Notes: generated by a model from the sequence alone, not told the origin. Counted from the first letter of the stretch, positions 1 to 13,659 are shown. The stretch is 64,000 nt of DNA from Octopus bimaculoides (GCF_001194135.2 NC_068999.1:54372715-54436714), one strand, 5' to 3'. Translations and numbers: made by a program.

Positions 1-180
1 AGTTTTAATTTCTTTGTTGGTCGATATCCTACGATGAAAAGCTTTTGCAGGTTCTGTATCTATGTCGCTGTCAGAGGAATACTCGTCTTGTGTTGGGCCA
101 CCATCACCTTGCATAAATTCCTTGTCCCTGCTCTCCTCCGGCCCAGCTCCCCTCCACTGACTGCAACTGCTAGCCGCCAT
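1..180 (-). CDS. N-terminal coding exon of an unidentified protein (MAASSCSQWRGAGPEESRDKEFMQGDGGPTQDEYSSDSDIDTEPAKAFHRRISTNKEIKT...), open at the window edge
   Basis: ATG at 180-178 in a strong context (aagATGGcg), 60 stop-free codons to position 1, locally GC/CpG-rich. Absent from the ORF track because no stop lies in the window. Confidence 0.7.
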   Translation of the reverse strand, partial: MAASSCSQWRGAGPEESRDKEFMQGDGGPTQDEYSSDSDIDTEPAKAFHRRISTNKEIKT

Positions 181-714
181 CTTGCTCCTCCTTCGCAGCC
201 CGTCTTCCTCCTACCCCTTCACACCGCTTCTCTTGCTGAGACCGAGGTCAAAGGTTGTATCTATAACTTGCGTGTCAGAGTTCATAGAGTATCACAGAAG
301 TAAATGTTGATTTAAACTCACGACGTCTTTTTTCTTTTTTTCTTTGTATATTATTGTTGCAAATTACTGAAACGACGACAACATAAGACAATGTAAATAG
401 ATTTCTATTGATACATCAATACACACACACACACGCACGCATATGTATCTTTTAAACAGAATTTGTGATGAAAAAGCAGAAGCGATGGTAAAACGAATTT
501 CAAATAGTCGTAGTAAAAAATATCTTTCAGTCAAGCCTTATGTAGGAAATTGTTGATAATGAATACCATGGTAACCCAATTCTCATTGAGAAATGAATGT
601 TTACAGTTCGGCGAGTATTTACTGCTATTACATCATCACTGTTACTTCATGGTTAAATTACTTCTGTCCCAATTAGTAAGGAAACTAAAATGACAGGTAA
701 TATTCCATTCAAGG

Positions 715-798
715 ACTGCATATATTTGTGTGTGTGTATGCATATATGTGTGTGTATATATGTGTATATACATATATATAGATAGATAGATATGTATG

Positions 799-831
<33 letters not shown>

Positions 832-880
832 AAATATGTATACGAATATAAATATATATATATATATATAATATATATAG
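715..880. repeat. (TA)n/(TG)n compound microsatellite
   Basis: Direct reading. Confidence 0.95.
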
Positions 881-1689
881 GTATAGAGTCTGATCAGCTG
901 TCCACAAAGCTGCAGCTTTAGTCAATGTCAAACCATTGGTCATCAGACTTTAACTTTATTGCTTTAAAACTTCACTGTTCTATACTTTAGACTGTGCTTC
1001 TTATTCAGATGGATATATGATACATTGAAAATATATATATATAAACACGCACACACACACACACACAAGGTAAGTAGGGTAAATCCCAGCTGTTTCCTCT
1101 TGAAACACATCTACTTATTCCATTATTACAATCCACTATGTTGTTGCAATTGTTGTTGTGTTGATGTAAGGGGCATATTAGAGTTGAAAATTCTGGAAAT
1201 ATTATTATATCATTTGCAGTTATTGTATAAGAAAAGAGGAAGTTGGAATTGGGAGGGTTATTTATTATTTACCATTACATATGTTTCATTTGCTAACAGG
1301 AATTACAAAGTTTTACATGTTAGATAAAAATGTAAGATATTTCCTTTTAGAAATTCTTCAGATAGAGAATCCAATAATAATGTATTATTGGATTCTCTTT
1401 TTGAAGAATTTCTAATTGGAAATCTCTTACATTTTCATCTAGCATATAAAACTTTTTAATTCCTATTAGCAAATGAAACATATGTAATAGTGAATAAATA
1501 ATACCAAAACCTCTCATCCTAAATGTGGGCACAGTACTATGTTGAGGGCCTTACCTGAACCTTGGCCAGTCTCAGCTGCTGCAACTGGGGATGAAATATC
1601 TTCTTGCCCGACAGAAAAGAGTTAATCTTTGGGATGCACTAAAATGCTTTAAAAATGTAGAATACAAGCTAATCACCTACATAATCAGA

Positions 1690-2105
1690 CTGTTCAAGAA
1701 GTAGTCATACCCAATAAATGGTGTAACAGCATCACTGTCAACTGCAAAGGAAATGCAATAGAGAAAGGAAATTACAGAGATATCAAATTGCTGGACCTAG
1801 TTATGAAAGTTATGGAGAGTTGAAGCTCAATTGATTAGAAATAGAATTAACCAAGATAAGACACTCTTCAGCTTTGTACCAGAAACAAATACTATTGATA
1901 CTGTCTTCCTAGTGAAACAACTGAAAAAGTACTTAGCTAAGATTTAGCCACTGTACTTACAATTTGTCAACCTGTAAAAGGCTTTTCACAAGGTTCCATG
2001 GTCTATAATATGGTCATCACTTAGGTAGCTAGAAGTAGATGAATGGCTTGTGGAGGCAGTACAAACCATGCCCAGAGCAGCAATGAGGACAGCAGTGAAT
2101 TTAAT
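1690..2105 (+). mobile_element. Decayed RTE-clade LINE reverse transcriptase fragment
   Basis: Frameshifted remnants such as GNYRDIKLLDLVMKV, FSFVPETNTIDTVFLVKQL, KAFHKVPWSIIWSSLR and LEVDEWLVEAVQTM resemble RTE RT domains. Confidence 0.75.
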
Positions 2106-2114
2106 AGACATGTG

Positions 2115-2790
2115 TGATTGCACAGGGATTAATTCTCAGCCTCCTTCTATTTATCATTGCTTCCAGGTTATAACGGAGAGTTAAAGACCTGTTGTCCATT
2201 GCATCTCCTATCTGATAATGATCCAGAAAACATTGACAGACAATAAATGTAGGCTGTGCAAGACAAAGACTGAAGATATCAACCACATTATTGCCAACTC
2301 TGAGATGTCTTCCAGATACTATCTTCCCATGAGGCATGATGCAGTGGCCAGAACATCCTGGAACAAAATGATAAAAAAAAGAATACACCTACAGACAAAA
2401 TTGACCATATTGACACTGATTGGTCAAAACTGATTGGTGGAAGTTAAAAATTTAAATAGTCACCAAGTTAAAACACAACCAGCCACATATTGTTGTGTGG
2501 GAAAAGATCTGTTCTGTTGTGGAAATCAGCTGCTTTTGGACACCAATGTTGTTAGAAAAATACAAGAGAAAGAGGACATCTATGGACCATTGATAAGGAG
2601 TTTGCAAATTCAGTACCCAAGATACACTTTCAGCTTCATACCTGTTATAATTGGAGCAACAGGATACATACCAACCCATCTGGAGTAAAGTATGACTGAA
2701 CTTGGAATCTTAGGGAGAGAATGCAAGTCCTTAATCCATAAGCCACAAATCTGGGACTACGAAAATCTTCAAGACCTTCTTAAGATTTAG
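2115..2790 (+). mobile_element. 3' fragment of an RLE-endonuclease non-LTR retrotransposon (R2/R4/NeSL-like)
   Basis: CRLCKTKTEDINHII zinc-knuckle remnant, MRHDAVA (RHD motif), KEDIYGPL (KxxxY-like) and IPVIIGATG; frameshifted. Confidence 0.75.
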
Positions 2791-3369
2791 AGTGTGATGG
2801 TTAAAACAAGACACCTTCCTTCACAACCTTGCTGCTTCGGAGGTGGCCAGTCAAAATTTATTCTAAATTTAAAAGAGAAAAAGAACATATGTACGTACAT
2901 ACATACATACATACATGCATGCATGACAGGCTTCCAACCAAATTCACTCACAAGGCATTGATCAGCTTGGGGATATAGTAGAAGGCATACGCCCAATGTG
3001 CCATGCAGTAGGACAGAACCCACAATCACATAGTTGCAAAGTGAGCTTCTTAACCACACAGCCATGCCTGCCATAAACAACGTTATATTAATTTAGCATT
3101 AATATCTTTAGAATCAACACGAAGGAAAATAAATGTAGCAAAAGCAATGAGAAATATGGTGAAGAATTTTTCAACCCCAAAAACCAATTTCCTAACTGGA
3201 ATCCTTAAATTTCTCTCTTGGAATCCTGCATATGATTAAACATAAAGAACTGAATGAATAAATAATTAAATAAATAACGAAATAAATAAATAAAACAAGG
3301 CTAGGTTGCAGGGTGTGGGAAGCCCGAAAACTTTATCTATTCAGTGAGGATCAGTACACACCCAATCAC

Positions 3370-4075
3370 TCATCACCACCACACATCATCCTTCATCTCA
3401 CACACACACACACACACACCTCCCAACAGAATAATAGCAAATTTTTTTTCATGATTCATTACTATTATCTCTCTTTTCAATCTCAGCTCTTAAACCCCAC
3501 CTTACCTTCCATCTTGATCAAAAGATTCTCCACAGAAAATATTGCCCTCCCCACTCCATGGACAACTACACACCTACCAAAAGAGAAAGAAAAAATAATG
3601 GAGAATGGATCTAATCACTCTTTTACACACATAAACTCTCTCTCTCTCTCTATCTCACACACACACACACACACATTGTCACTTGAAACAACAATAGGGA
3701 CTGATTTTACTACCATTAAAATACCACCTCTCTCCCCTCTCCCTCACACACACACACACACACACATAAAAGCACTTCAATCTGTTGTAGAAAGATAGCA
3801 TGCTTGATGGGGGAGTCTGTGGCACTGCATAGAGTGTAGTGGTGAGGGGGGAGTCAAAATACATTATGTATCCAATTGTATGGTGAGGTGGAGTGGTTTT
3901 GACAGAGTTGGTGATGTTAATGGTCTTGGTAGTAAATTTCATGTAAATGATAATTAGGTTTGCACAGGTGAATCATATAAACCATCAGATTCTTCCCAGT
4001 TGCTATCTTTCCACCCCTCTCTCTTTCTACTCTACATGTCTCTCTCTCCCTCTCTCTTTCTTTCACACACACACA
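3370..4075. repeat. CA/CT microsatellite-rich low-complexity tract
   Basis: Repeated (CA)n and (CT)n blocks. Confidence 0.8.
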
Positions 4076-4984
4076 GTGCTGTATTTATTATTACTTTGTA
4101 TGTGCAGCTTAATGGCAAAATCTTTAGAGCAGTGATAAAAACGCCTTGTTTTGGCTCTTTACATGCTGAGTTCAAATACCATCATGATCAACTTTGCTTT
4201 TCATCCTTTGGGGTTCATAACATGAAGTACAAGTTATAAACTGGAATTGATTTAATTAACTCCTCAGAACTGCTAGCCTTGTGCAGAAATCAAAAATTAC
4301 AACTGTAGTCATGGCTGTTGCCAGTGTCATGTAATGGCACCTGTGCCAGTGGCACGTTAAAGGCACCCATTATACTCTCAGACTAGTTGGTGTTAGGAGG
4401 GACATCCAGCTGTAGAAACCATGCCAAATCAGACTGGAACCTGGTGCAGCTCTCTGGCTTACCAGTTCCAGTCAAACCATCTAACCCATGCCAGCATGGA
4501 AAGCAGACGTTAAATGGTGGTAATGATGATGATGATGAATAGTGGTTTGGGACAATTGTTAGACCTTTAGGCAAAATGCCTATTTGTTCCAGCTCTTTAC
4601 ATACTGAATTCAAATCCAGCCAAGAATGAACTTTATTTTTCACCCTTTTGGTGTTGATTAGGTAAAATAAAGTTTTGGGGTAAATTTAATTGACTAATCC
4701 CTCCCATAAAATAAGTACCAGTTGTGTACTGGTGTTAGTGTGATCAACTTTACTCTTGGGTAGGGATATAAAAACTGCACTCATCTACCAAGCCATATCA
4801 AGTCAGTGTGGCAGAACAGGCTCATCAAACCAGCTCAAATTAACAGCCTCCACATCGAACCCTGGTTGGTGAAGTGAATATGCTGAAGTCTTCATCCTGC
4901 AGTAGACTGAACACAAGCAATCTAATCCAATCCAATCCAACACTTCCCACCAAAATTTCTTACCTTGCGTCTACATTAGACATT

Positions 4985-5345
4985 CTTTTATTTGTTTCAG
5001 TCTTTTGACTACGGCCATGCTGGAGCACCACCTTGAAGGGTTTCATCGAACAGATCAACCCCCAGGACTTATTCTTTGTAAGCCTACTACTGTTTCAATC
5101 AGTCTCTTTTGCCAAACTGCTAAGTTATGGGGACATAAACACACCAGCATTGGTTGTCAAGCAGTGGCAGGGGGGGACAAACACAAACACACAATGGGCT
5201 CCTTTCAGGTTCCATTAACCAAATCCACTCACAAGGCTTTGGTCAGCCTAAGGCTTTAGTAGAAGACACTTGCTCAAGGTGCCATACAGTGGGACTGAAC
5301 CCAGAAGCATGTGGTTTGGAGGCAAGCTTCTTACCACACAGCCAT
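4985..5345 (-). mobile_element. tRNA-derived SINE, representative of the dominant family (other copies near 9230-9870, 20870-21235, 22390-22800, 23150-23530, 32100-32560, 44100-44380, 45005-45350, 57920-58340)
   Basis: Recurrent blocks tttcagtcat..gactg..gccatgctgg, ctgctaagttac.ggga..taaacacacc and ccaaatccactcacaaggc..tggt. Confidence 0.85.
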
Positions 5346-5399
5346 GAATGGTTATTCTATACACACCAACACCGATTATACTGGTATTCAAGTGAGTAA

Positions 5400-7450
5400 A
5401 ATCAGGACGTGTTACATGTAATGTATTAGCACACGCTCAGGAAAGGAAAGAAAGATGGTTTAATGTTTCGAGCATAAACTCTTCTTCAGAAACAGAGATT
5501 CGAGATTCCATTATTTATAAGTTTCACAGGGTAATTTTGTTCTTGTAAGAAGCTTTTGAGTTCATCAAGTCTAATTTAGCATATTTGTGAGTCAGTTACT
5601 ATGATGCAGCTGCATTTTGCCATATTGTATGGGTTGTTCCTTTTGATGTGTGAGGGGGTGACAAGAGTAGAAGTTTAAGTATTGGTGTGTGTCTGTGTTT
5701 TTGTAAAATGTGTCTGTTGTGACAGTGGAGTTGTGTATTTTGCTGTGAATATCTAGGAATGGTAGTTTATTGTAGCTGGTTTCTGTTTTGAATTTGATAG
5801 ATGAGTGCAGTGTATTGAGGGTGTTGTGAAATGTTTGTAGGTCTTACTTTGGTCTATCGCAAAAAAGAAGCAGTCATCGAGGTAGTGCTTCCACTTCTTC
5901 ACAATGTTTTCTTTGAAGTTGTGGTCAAAGGTTTTTCCTACTTCCTCATAAAGTCTGCCTTCTAGGTAACTCATGACTTGGTTGGCATATGAGAGTGCAA
6001 ATTTTGTACCCATAGCCATGCCCTTTAACTGTTGGTATATCTTATAATAAGATCTGAAGATGTTTTCTTCTAGTACTAGACGAGTGGCTTTGGCAATGAA
6101 GGCTGTTTTGAAACGTTCATCTATACATCCTCTGTGTTTCTCTACCCAGTGTTTGACCACTTCCAGGCCTAAGGTATGCAGTATGTTGGTATAGAGGTTA
6201 GTGAAGTCAAAACTTGCAAGTATAGTACCTTAAGGGATGTGTTTGAGAAAGTTCATGTCATCCCATATATAACGGGGTATTAATAGGCATAAGGATTTGA
6301 AGAGTATGTCCAAGAGGCGACTCACTTGTTGTGTTGGGGCTTAGGGTCTAGCGACTATCAGTCTCATTTTGAGGTCTATGGGTCTTTGTATTTTTACATA
6401 TTGACTCTTCTGTTCATTTATGGCCTTCTGTATCTCGGGACATTTGTGAATTTTGGGCAATCTGTAGAAATTGCTCTCTATGATTATGGAGTTGCATAGG
6501 TAGTCCTTTTCTTTATCTGTGAAGGAGTCCTGGTATTCATTAATAAATGTTCTGATTTTGTTCAGTGTTTTTTCCAGAAGTCTTGATTCTTCTTTATAGT
6601 ATATTTGATCTGTTAAATTTCTAGTATTTTTTCTTTGTAGTAGTCTGTGTCCATAATTACTATCGCCCCCACCCTTGTTGGCTTCCTTTAGCATAATTGA
6701 ATTGTCATTCTTTAGCCTTTGTAAAGCTTCCTTTTCTCCTTCATGAAGGTTCTGTTCGCATTTATGGGTACTGAGAGGGAATTTCAAGATTGTTTCTATA
6801 TATGTATCTAGGTGTTATTGCTCCCCTTGTAGGGTGTGAAATGAGATCTTTTCTTACAATTGATTCGTCCTCTACATTCTTGTTGTTGAAGAAATCTATA
6901 CGACAGAGGTGACGGTTGAAGTTCTCAATATCGGTTTTTAATTCTATGAGATTCGGAGTAGGTGTCAGGGTAAATTTGAAACCTTTTAGTAAGAAACTTA
7001 TTTAATTTTCATTGAGGTCTCTATTTCATAAGTATATAATTTTACGGTCTCTGTGTTTTGTGGGTTCATTAGGAACTTCTGTTGTATTGGGTCTGGAGCG
7101 TGGTTGTGGCATTTTCTCCCTAAAAAAGGGGTTGTATTGTGATGTCTCTAATTTCTATTTCTAGGGTTCAATTTCTATTTCTGGGGTTTCAGTTGCTATT
7201 TCTGGGATTCGGGCTTCCTTGTGATTGAGGGAACAGTTCATGTTGTCTGTATATATTTCATTGTTCATAGTAGTTGTCTTCTTCCCATCTACGTTTGTTG
7301 CGTCATGTAGGATTGGTCTTCATATATTGTAGGTTTCTTGAGTTTTCATTATGATTTTTTATATTATAGTTTCTGTGTTGTTTGTTCCACACTTGTCTTT
7401 CGTCTCATGTGTTCATCCATCTAGGTCGTCCAGTATCATGGGTTAATGGT
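5400..7450 (-). mobile_element. Decayed Penelope-like element (PLE), GIY-YIG domain not seen
   Basis: ORF remnants FYRLPKIHK..MRLIVA, QLKGMAMGTKFA, WKHYLDDCFF and LPFLD..FYKNTDTHQYLNFYSCHP; pLTR-like end near 5400-5500. Confidence 0.9.
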
Positions 7451-7734
7451 TGTCTGTATTTTGCTTGTCTTACATATGAAGGGATATATAAAATATCCCA
7501 GAAACAGCTGTAAGACCTTCTATTTATAAATGTAGTGAAATCTTTCAGAGCCTTAGATTTTTATCGCATTCTGTTAATCTTTTTATATATACACGTGCTG
7601 ATATATGACCTACGTTGGACTCTTCATTCGCATAATCACCGAACCTGGAGCTTAACTATAGTCTGTCCATAGCACTTACTAAGCATTACCTGACACTTTT
7701 GAGATTTCTTGAAACCATTACCTCTCATAACCTA

Positions 7735-7885
7735 TATATATATATATATATATATACTCACACACACATATATACATGCACATACACACATATATTATAT
7801 TTACATATACATATATACACACACATATATTGTATGTGCCTATATGCACATGTGTGTTTACATATATATTATATATATATGTGAG
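7735..7885. repeat. (TA)n/(CA)n microsatellite
   Basis: Direct reading. Confidence 0.95.
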
Positions 7886-8303
7886 TGTGTGCTTGATTTT
7901 ATTACATAGGTGACAATAACTTAACACAATTAACAAATATACCACACCCTTCGTTTCATTGTTGATTTGAGGTTTGAATGAAACAGTATAGCTCTCAATT
8001 TCACACACACATGCACACGTACACACACACATGCACACCTAAACACAAAAAACCCACACACACATAAATGCAAACATATTCACTAGTGTACATACATTTT
8101 CTGAAAGGGATGGAGTGGTGGGGGTACAATTAGATTGCACAATTATAGGAGAACAGCTATAGCTGATCTTTCTTTCCATATATAGAAGTACATTTCCCTG
8201 GTAGGTATTTTTTGTTATATTTTTTGTTCTATTTTTTGTTCTATATATTTTATTTTTTATTTAAACTCCTGACAAAAGAGAATGAGAGAAAAAAGAGAAT
8301 GAG

Positions 8304-8334
<31 letters not shown>

Positions 8335-9191
8335 CACTTAGCAACCAATGAAAAAAATTTATGACATCGAGAAATAATTCAAATATTTGAGCAATAAAAT
8401 ATGGTCATGTTATGATTTTTCACAATCTTTTTTTTTCCTTCCTGATATCTTTTGTTTTTTAGTCATTAAATCTGGTACACTTAATGAAGAAATCTCCTTG
8501 ATAATGAGTGTATGATTCTTGCCATATTGAAATAACACAAAGGAGCCATTCGATTTTATAGTTTTCTATTGTCATGAGAGCTATATTATAAAAGTAGACC
8601 TGCAGACTTCAAGCAAGCTGTGTTTGCTTACAACTTGGTTTCAATTCCCAGTTGGAACCACTTGACTTCTTGTCCATAGTCAGTACCAATGCCATTGGGA
8701 AAATCATAAATGTCACTCCTTATTACCCTGCCCTTATAAATTTGAATGGTCTCTCATCTTCTCTCCCTTCCCTTCTCTCTCCTTCCACTCTCCCTTTTCC
8801 CTATCTTTCTTCCCATTTATACCCCTTTTCTCTGTAGAAATCTTTTCTCATTCATACATCAATAAAATCATTCAACAAAAATGATAAAGATAAAAAATTT
8901 TAAAATTACAGAGTGTACTGGGTGTATTTTATCAGGGTATTAGCGCTAAAATGGATGTCATGTCCTTGACTTGTGTGTTTTTTAAATGGCTTATAAACAC
9001 TTTCCACACTGCAATTGATTTTGTTTCAGCACATGATCTCAGATCAGGTCACTTGCTATGCAAGTACATCTCCTTAATATATTTTATTAGTGGCCAGCAT
9101 ATAAAAAAACCTTTTAGTTAAAATACATTTATAGAGATATATAAAATACATTTATACAATTGTACCCTAAAGAATTATATATCTCTATTAA

Positions 9192-9229
<38 letters not shown>

Positions 9230-9924
9230 TTAATCTTTTATTTGTTTCAGTCATCAACCCCAATATTTATTTTTTTAAAAAAGCCTGGTACGTATTCTAT
9301 CAGTCACTTTTGCCGAACTGCTCAGTTACAGGCACATAAACACATCGACACCAGTTGTCAAGCAGTGGTGGTAGACAAACACAAACACAAATACATGCAT
9401 ACAGGCACTTACACACACACATGCATACACACAAATACATATGTACTACATGTGTGTATATATATATATATAGATGTAGGCATGGCTGTGTGGCAAGAAT
9501 CTTGCTTCACAAGCAAATGGTTCCAGTCCCATTGCACAGCACCTTGTGCAAGTGTCTTCTACTATAGCCTCGGGCTGACCAAATCCTTGTGAGTGGATTT
9601 GGTAGATGGAAACTGAAAGAAGACCCTCGTATATATATGTATATATCTATGTGTGTATGTCTTTGTGTCTGTATTTGTCCCTCCATCACTGCTTGACAAC
9701 CAGTGTTGGTGGGTTTTCATCCCCATAATTTAGCTGTTCAGCAAAAGAGTTGACTAGAATAAGGACCAAACTTAACAAAATAAGTCCTTGGGTCAATTTG
9801 TTCAACTAAAATCCTTCAAGACAGTGCTCCAGCATGACCACAGTCAAATGATTGAAACAAAAGAAAAGAATATATATATACGATGGGCTTCTTTCAGTTC
9901 TGTCTTCCAAATCCACTCACAATT

Positions 9925-11230
9925 TATATAGAGCAAGTAATAACACATTTGCACAGCTTCTTAACAATACCATTACACAAACATACAGGAAGGCTTCTCC
10001 TCAAACTTATGATAGTGTTTAACATGAGGCCAGAGATATAGTGATTAAACTAGGCATAGAAAGTAAGGTAGAGACACTTGCAAAGAAAGAGGCCCTCATA
10101 TCAATCAAGTATCATAAACCACACTTGGCCTCTAACCCCATGTGCTGGTTGATAAACCCTGCAAAGTCTGAGATTGGACAGGTGAGCAAATGGCTAATCA
10201 GGAAGATCAGCAACGGTGTTCAAAATGCCTCTGACTTTTCCCTGAGGTCATTACATGGTTTAAAACCAGTAGCGGAAGGGGTAGAGCTAGGTTTACCCAA
10301 TTTGATATAATGCATTTCTACCCATCTATATCAAACGAGCTCCTTTTTAAGGCATTGGACCTTGCTAGGGCTTACACTGAAGTCAGTGACAAGGACATAC
10401 ACATTATCATGCACACCAGAAGAACCCTACTCTTCAGTAAGGGGTTGGCCTGGGCCAAGAGAACTGATCCAGCAGGCTCCTTCAACATGGCAATGGGTGC
10501 CTTCGACAGTGCTGATGTGTGTGAGCTTGTCGGTTTCTTCATCCTAAATGTATTCAAAAGGAAATTCCCTTCAACTCACTTTGGCCTCTACAGGGATAAT
10601 ACGCAGGTAATAACAAGAGGGGTAAATGGCCATATGCTAAGTAGGCTTAGAAAGGACCTTACCAGCACCATTAACTCCCTTACACTGAAGATCACAATAG
10701 AAACCAACCTGAAAATGGTGGATTTCCTTGATGTGATCCTGGACTTGGAATCTGGTGTCTATAGAACCTTTACGAAGCCAAACAAGAAGCTATCAGACAT
10801 TAACACAGGTTCCTGTCATCCAGCCATAGTGTTCAAGAACCTGATAAAGTGTTCCAGCAGTAGCATTTCCAGCTTATCTTCAAGCAAAGAGATTTTTGAT
10901 GCTGCTGTCCTGTAGTACAATGAGGCACTGGCTGCTAGCAGTTTCAAGGACAGGATTAGTTACGGGTCAGAACCTAACCCCTCCAAGCGAGGTGACACCA
11001 GAAAGTGTTGTGGTTCACACCACCCTTTTCTTTAAATGTTAAGACCCAAGCAGCTAAGATTTTTCTTAGCTTAGTTGATAATCACTTCCCCTATACAAAT
11101 AGATTTAGCAAAATATTGAATAAGCATACCCTGAGAATCATCTTTAGCTGTGCACTGAATGTAAAAAGGATTTTAGAAAGTAGGCCCACACCCAAGACAG
11201 AGGCAGGGTGCTCATATAGGTGGAGGTAGG
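9925..11230 (+). mobile_element. Decayed Penelope-like element of a second, YRDD-type family
   Basis: LINPAKSEIG, FYPSIS, MAMGAFDSADVCELVG, GLYRDN (catalytic DD mutated to DN), VDFLDVILDL and WFTPPFSLNVKT; frameshifts and stops. Confidence 0.88.
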
Positions 11231-13659
11231 AAAATCACTAAAGCCTGGATATTAAAAGTAATTCAAGGGAGGTAACGTCGGATCTAGTTATAAAAAGTTA
11301 CTTCCCAAATAAGTAACAGCATCGAAACTTCAAGTTTACCAGTAAACCACAAAAATTGCACGACATTCACATTAACGTTTGCAGTTTCTTTTGTTTACAA
11401 CCCCACCTTCAACTGACACACATATACACATACAGTGGTGTATCTGTTGATATGTGAAAAAACGAATTGCAGCCTTATATTTAATACACATATATTAATC
11501 TTCGCTGTGAAAACAGACATCCACCAATAAACCACATTAATCTTAGCAACTTGGAAAGATGAAAATGTTTCAGATTTCAGTGAAGCCAAAATTACTTTGC
11601 ACTCTACTGCTATGTATAGTTGACGAAAAGGCCAACTACCACAGAACATCATCATCATTGTCGTCGTATTTGTTACCATTTGACGTCTATTTTCTATGCT
11701 GGCATGGGTTGGGGAAATCATTTCTTATTTGGAATTACAGTCTATATAGATGTATTGGAAGACTCCATCTCGCCCTCTCATTCTATTTTCTTGAAGTTTC
11801 TATGGCTAGTTGCCCTTCTAAATGCAACCATGTTTCAGAGTGTACCATGGCCTTAGCACTAAAGAGATTGTTGTCCTCAGCATGACCAATTCTCAGATGA
11901 CATTAGCATTCTGTTTTCTTTTCTGCTAACTAAAAACTTTTGTTTTTGGTAATTTAACTTTTAGATATCTCAATTTTTGACCTTGCTTCCATGTTTAGAG
12001 CTTGTCCTTCAAGTCTTGAACTAATTTGGATATAAAAACTACATTGTCGTACGGGTAACCTGTTGTGGCCTGGCAAACTATGATAAATAACAGGTGGAGA
12101 ACGAAGCCCTGGTGGACACCTATCTGCACACTGACACTAAATTCCTCAATTAATTGTTAACTTTCATTGTACATGGCTTGTATGGCTATTGTAATTCATT
12201 GCACTGCCCCACTATTTTTCTTAGTGACCACCGGATGATGGAAAGAGGAACTGTGTTGAAGAACTTCTCTAAATCAATGAATGCTAGATATAATGGTTTG
12301 ATTTCAGTAAGTTTCATAATGGGGTGACCCTTACGAAGTTTCATTAAAGCAAGATGTCGCTAATTATTTTACACAAAATAATCTAAAATTTAAATCAATT
12401 AAAAACAAATTAACATGTATCATATTTATACAATGCATGATCAATTTTTAAATTTAGAATATTTATGTTCTGTATTTAGTGAGACGCATTAAGTTTTCTT
12501 CATGAATTTTGAGGAGAGCCTTCTGAAGAACTCTGTGTAAGCTTGTAACGTTATACATTGCAAACTAAACATATAACTCAGGACACAGATGAAGGAAATA
12601 GACGAATCTCTATCGGTAAAAGATGCAGTTTATTCGATCAACTGAATTACTTGCTCATTTAATTAACGTTTAAATGGCTTAGTATTTCACAGGGACGTGT
12701 ATGCTTAGAGTATTTCTCAGAATTGGTGCGACACCATGTGCGGAAGAGCTGTACTTTTGAATCCATCCAACTGTTTTCTATACAATATTCGTCTACCTAA
12801 TTTCACTCACAAGATATAGCCGAGGTTGTAGAAAATGGCATCTGCCTAAGATGACAAGCTATATGGTCGAATCTGAGACTTTGCAGTTGTGAAACGAACT
12901 TGCTAACCATTCGACTATACTTTACCTACATGTTGAATAATGTAGTCTGAGATAAACTATATTTTTTTAAAAAGTGGGAGATAGTCACAGGTGGAACACC
13001 TTTTATCACAGATTTACTTAATTCAGGGCAGTTTAAGAACTAAATAACAACACTTGTTATTGAAATTATCAATATTCTTCAGAGAAAATTTATATATAGC
13101 TAGCACAAACACGAATTATAATGAATCAAGAACATCTTCCTGTAAACTGTAGAATTGTCATCAACACAGTCATGAAAGTGTAGCCGATGGATAGGCAGAA
13201 TCAGTAGAGCAAAAAAAACAAAATGCTGTGCGGTATTTAATACGGACTCTCGCGTTGTTCAAATGAAGCCATAGTCGACAAAATAAATAACCAATCTAGT
13301 ATTGGGATTGGTTTATATTCCTATAATTGATCCGAAACGTGAATGGGGTTATAACTGAAGACAGAAGGCGAAAATGCTAGCGGTTAATTATCCGACAACC
13401 AGCCTCGTTGTGATTATGGTTTCTCCACCGTCGCCCTCACATCTATAACACATTACACAGGGGATGCATTTTCATCTTACACCGTATCGCCTTTAATCTG
13501 TAAACTATCAGTTTTTAGCTTGGGATATTTTGATTTCTTCTTTAGTTGCCTAAATGTTGATTTTAACGCTATAATGACCTGTATGATGAGTCTTTTTAAG
13601 GAGCTTTAATTTGGTATAATTGTTGTAGTCATTATTTATATATGATAGTTTACACTAAT

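Noticed and set aside
34-303. Plus-strand 89-aa ORF from the track
   Set aside because: It is the antisense shadow of the minus-strand coding exon at 1-180 and has no recognisable features.
653-943. YIYI/THTH/CVCV-type ORFs (also 7699-8038, 29301-29675, 49025-49376)
   Set aside because: They are translations of (TA)n/(CA)n microsatellites.
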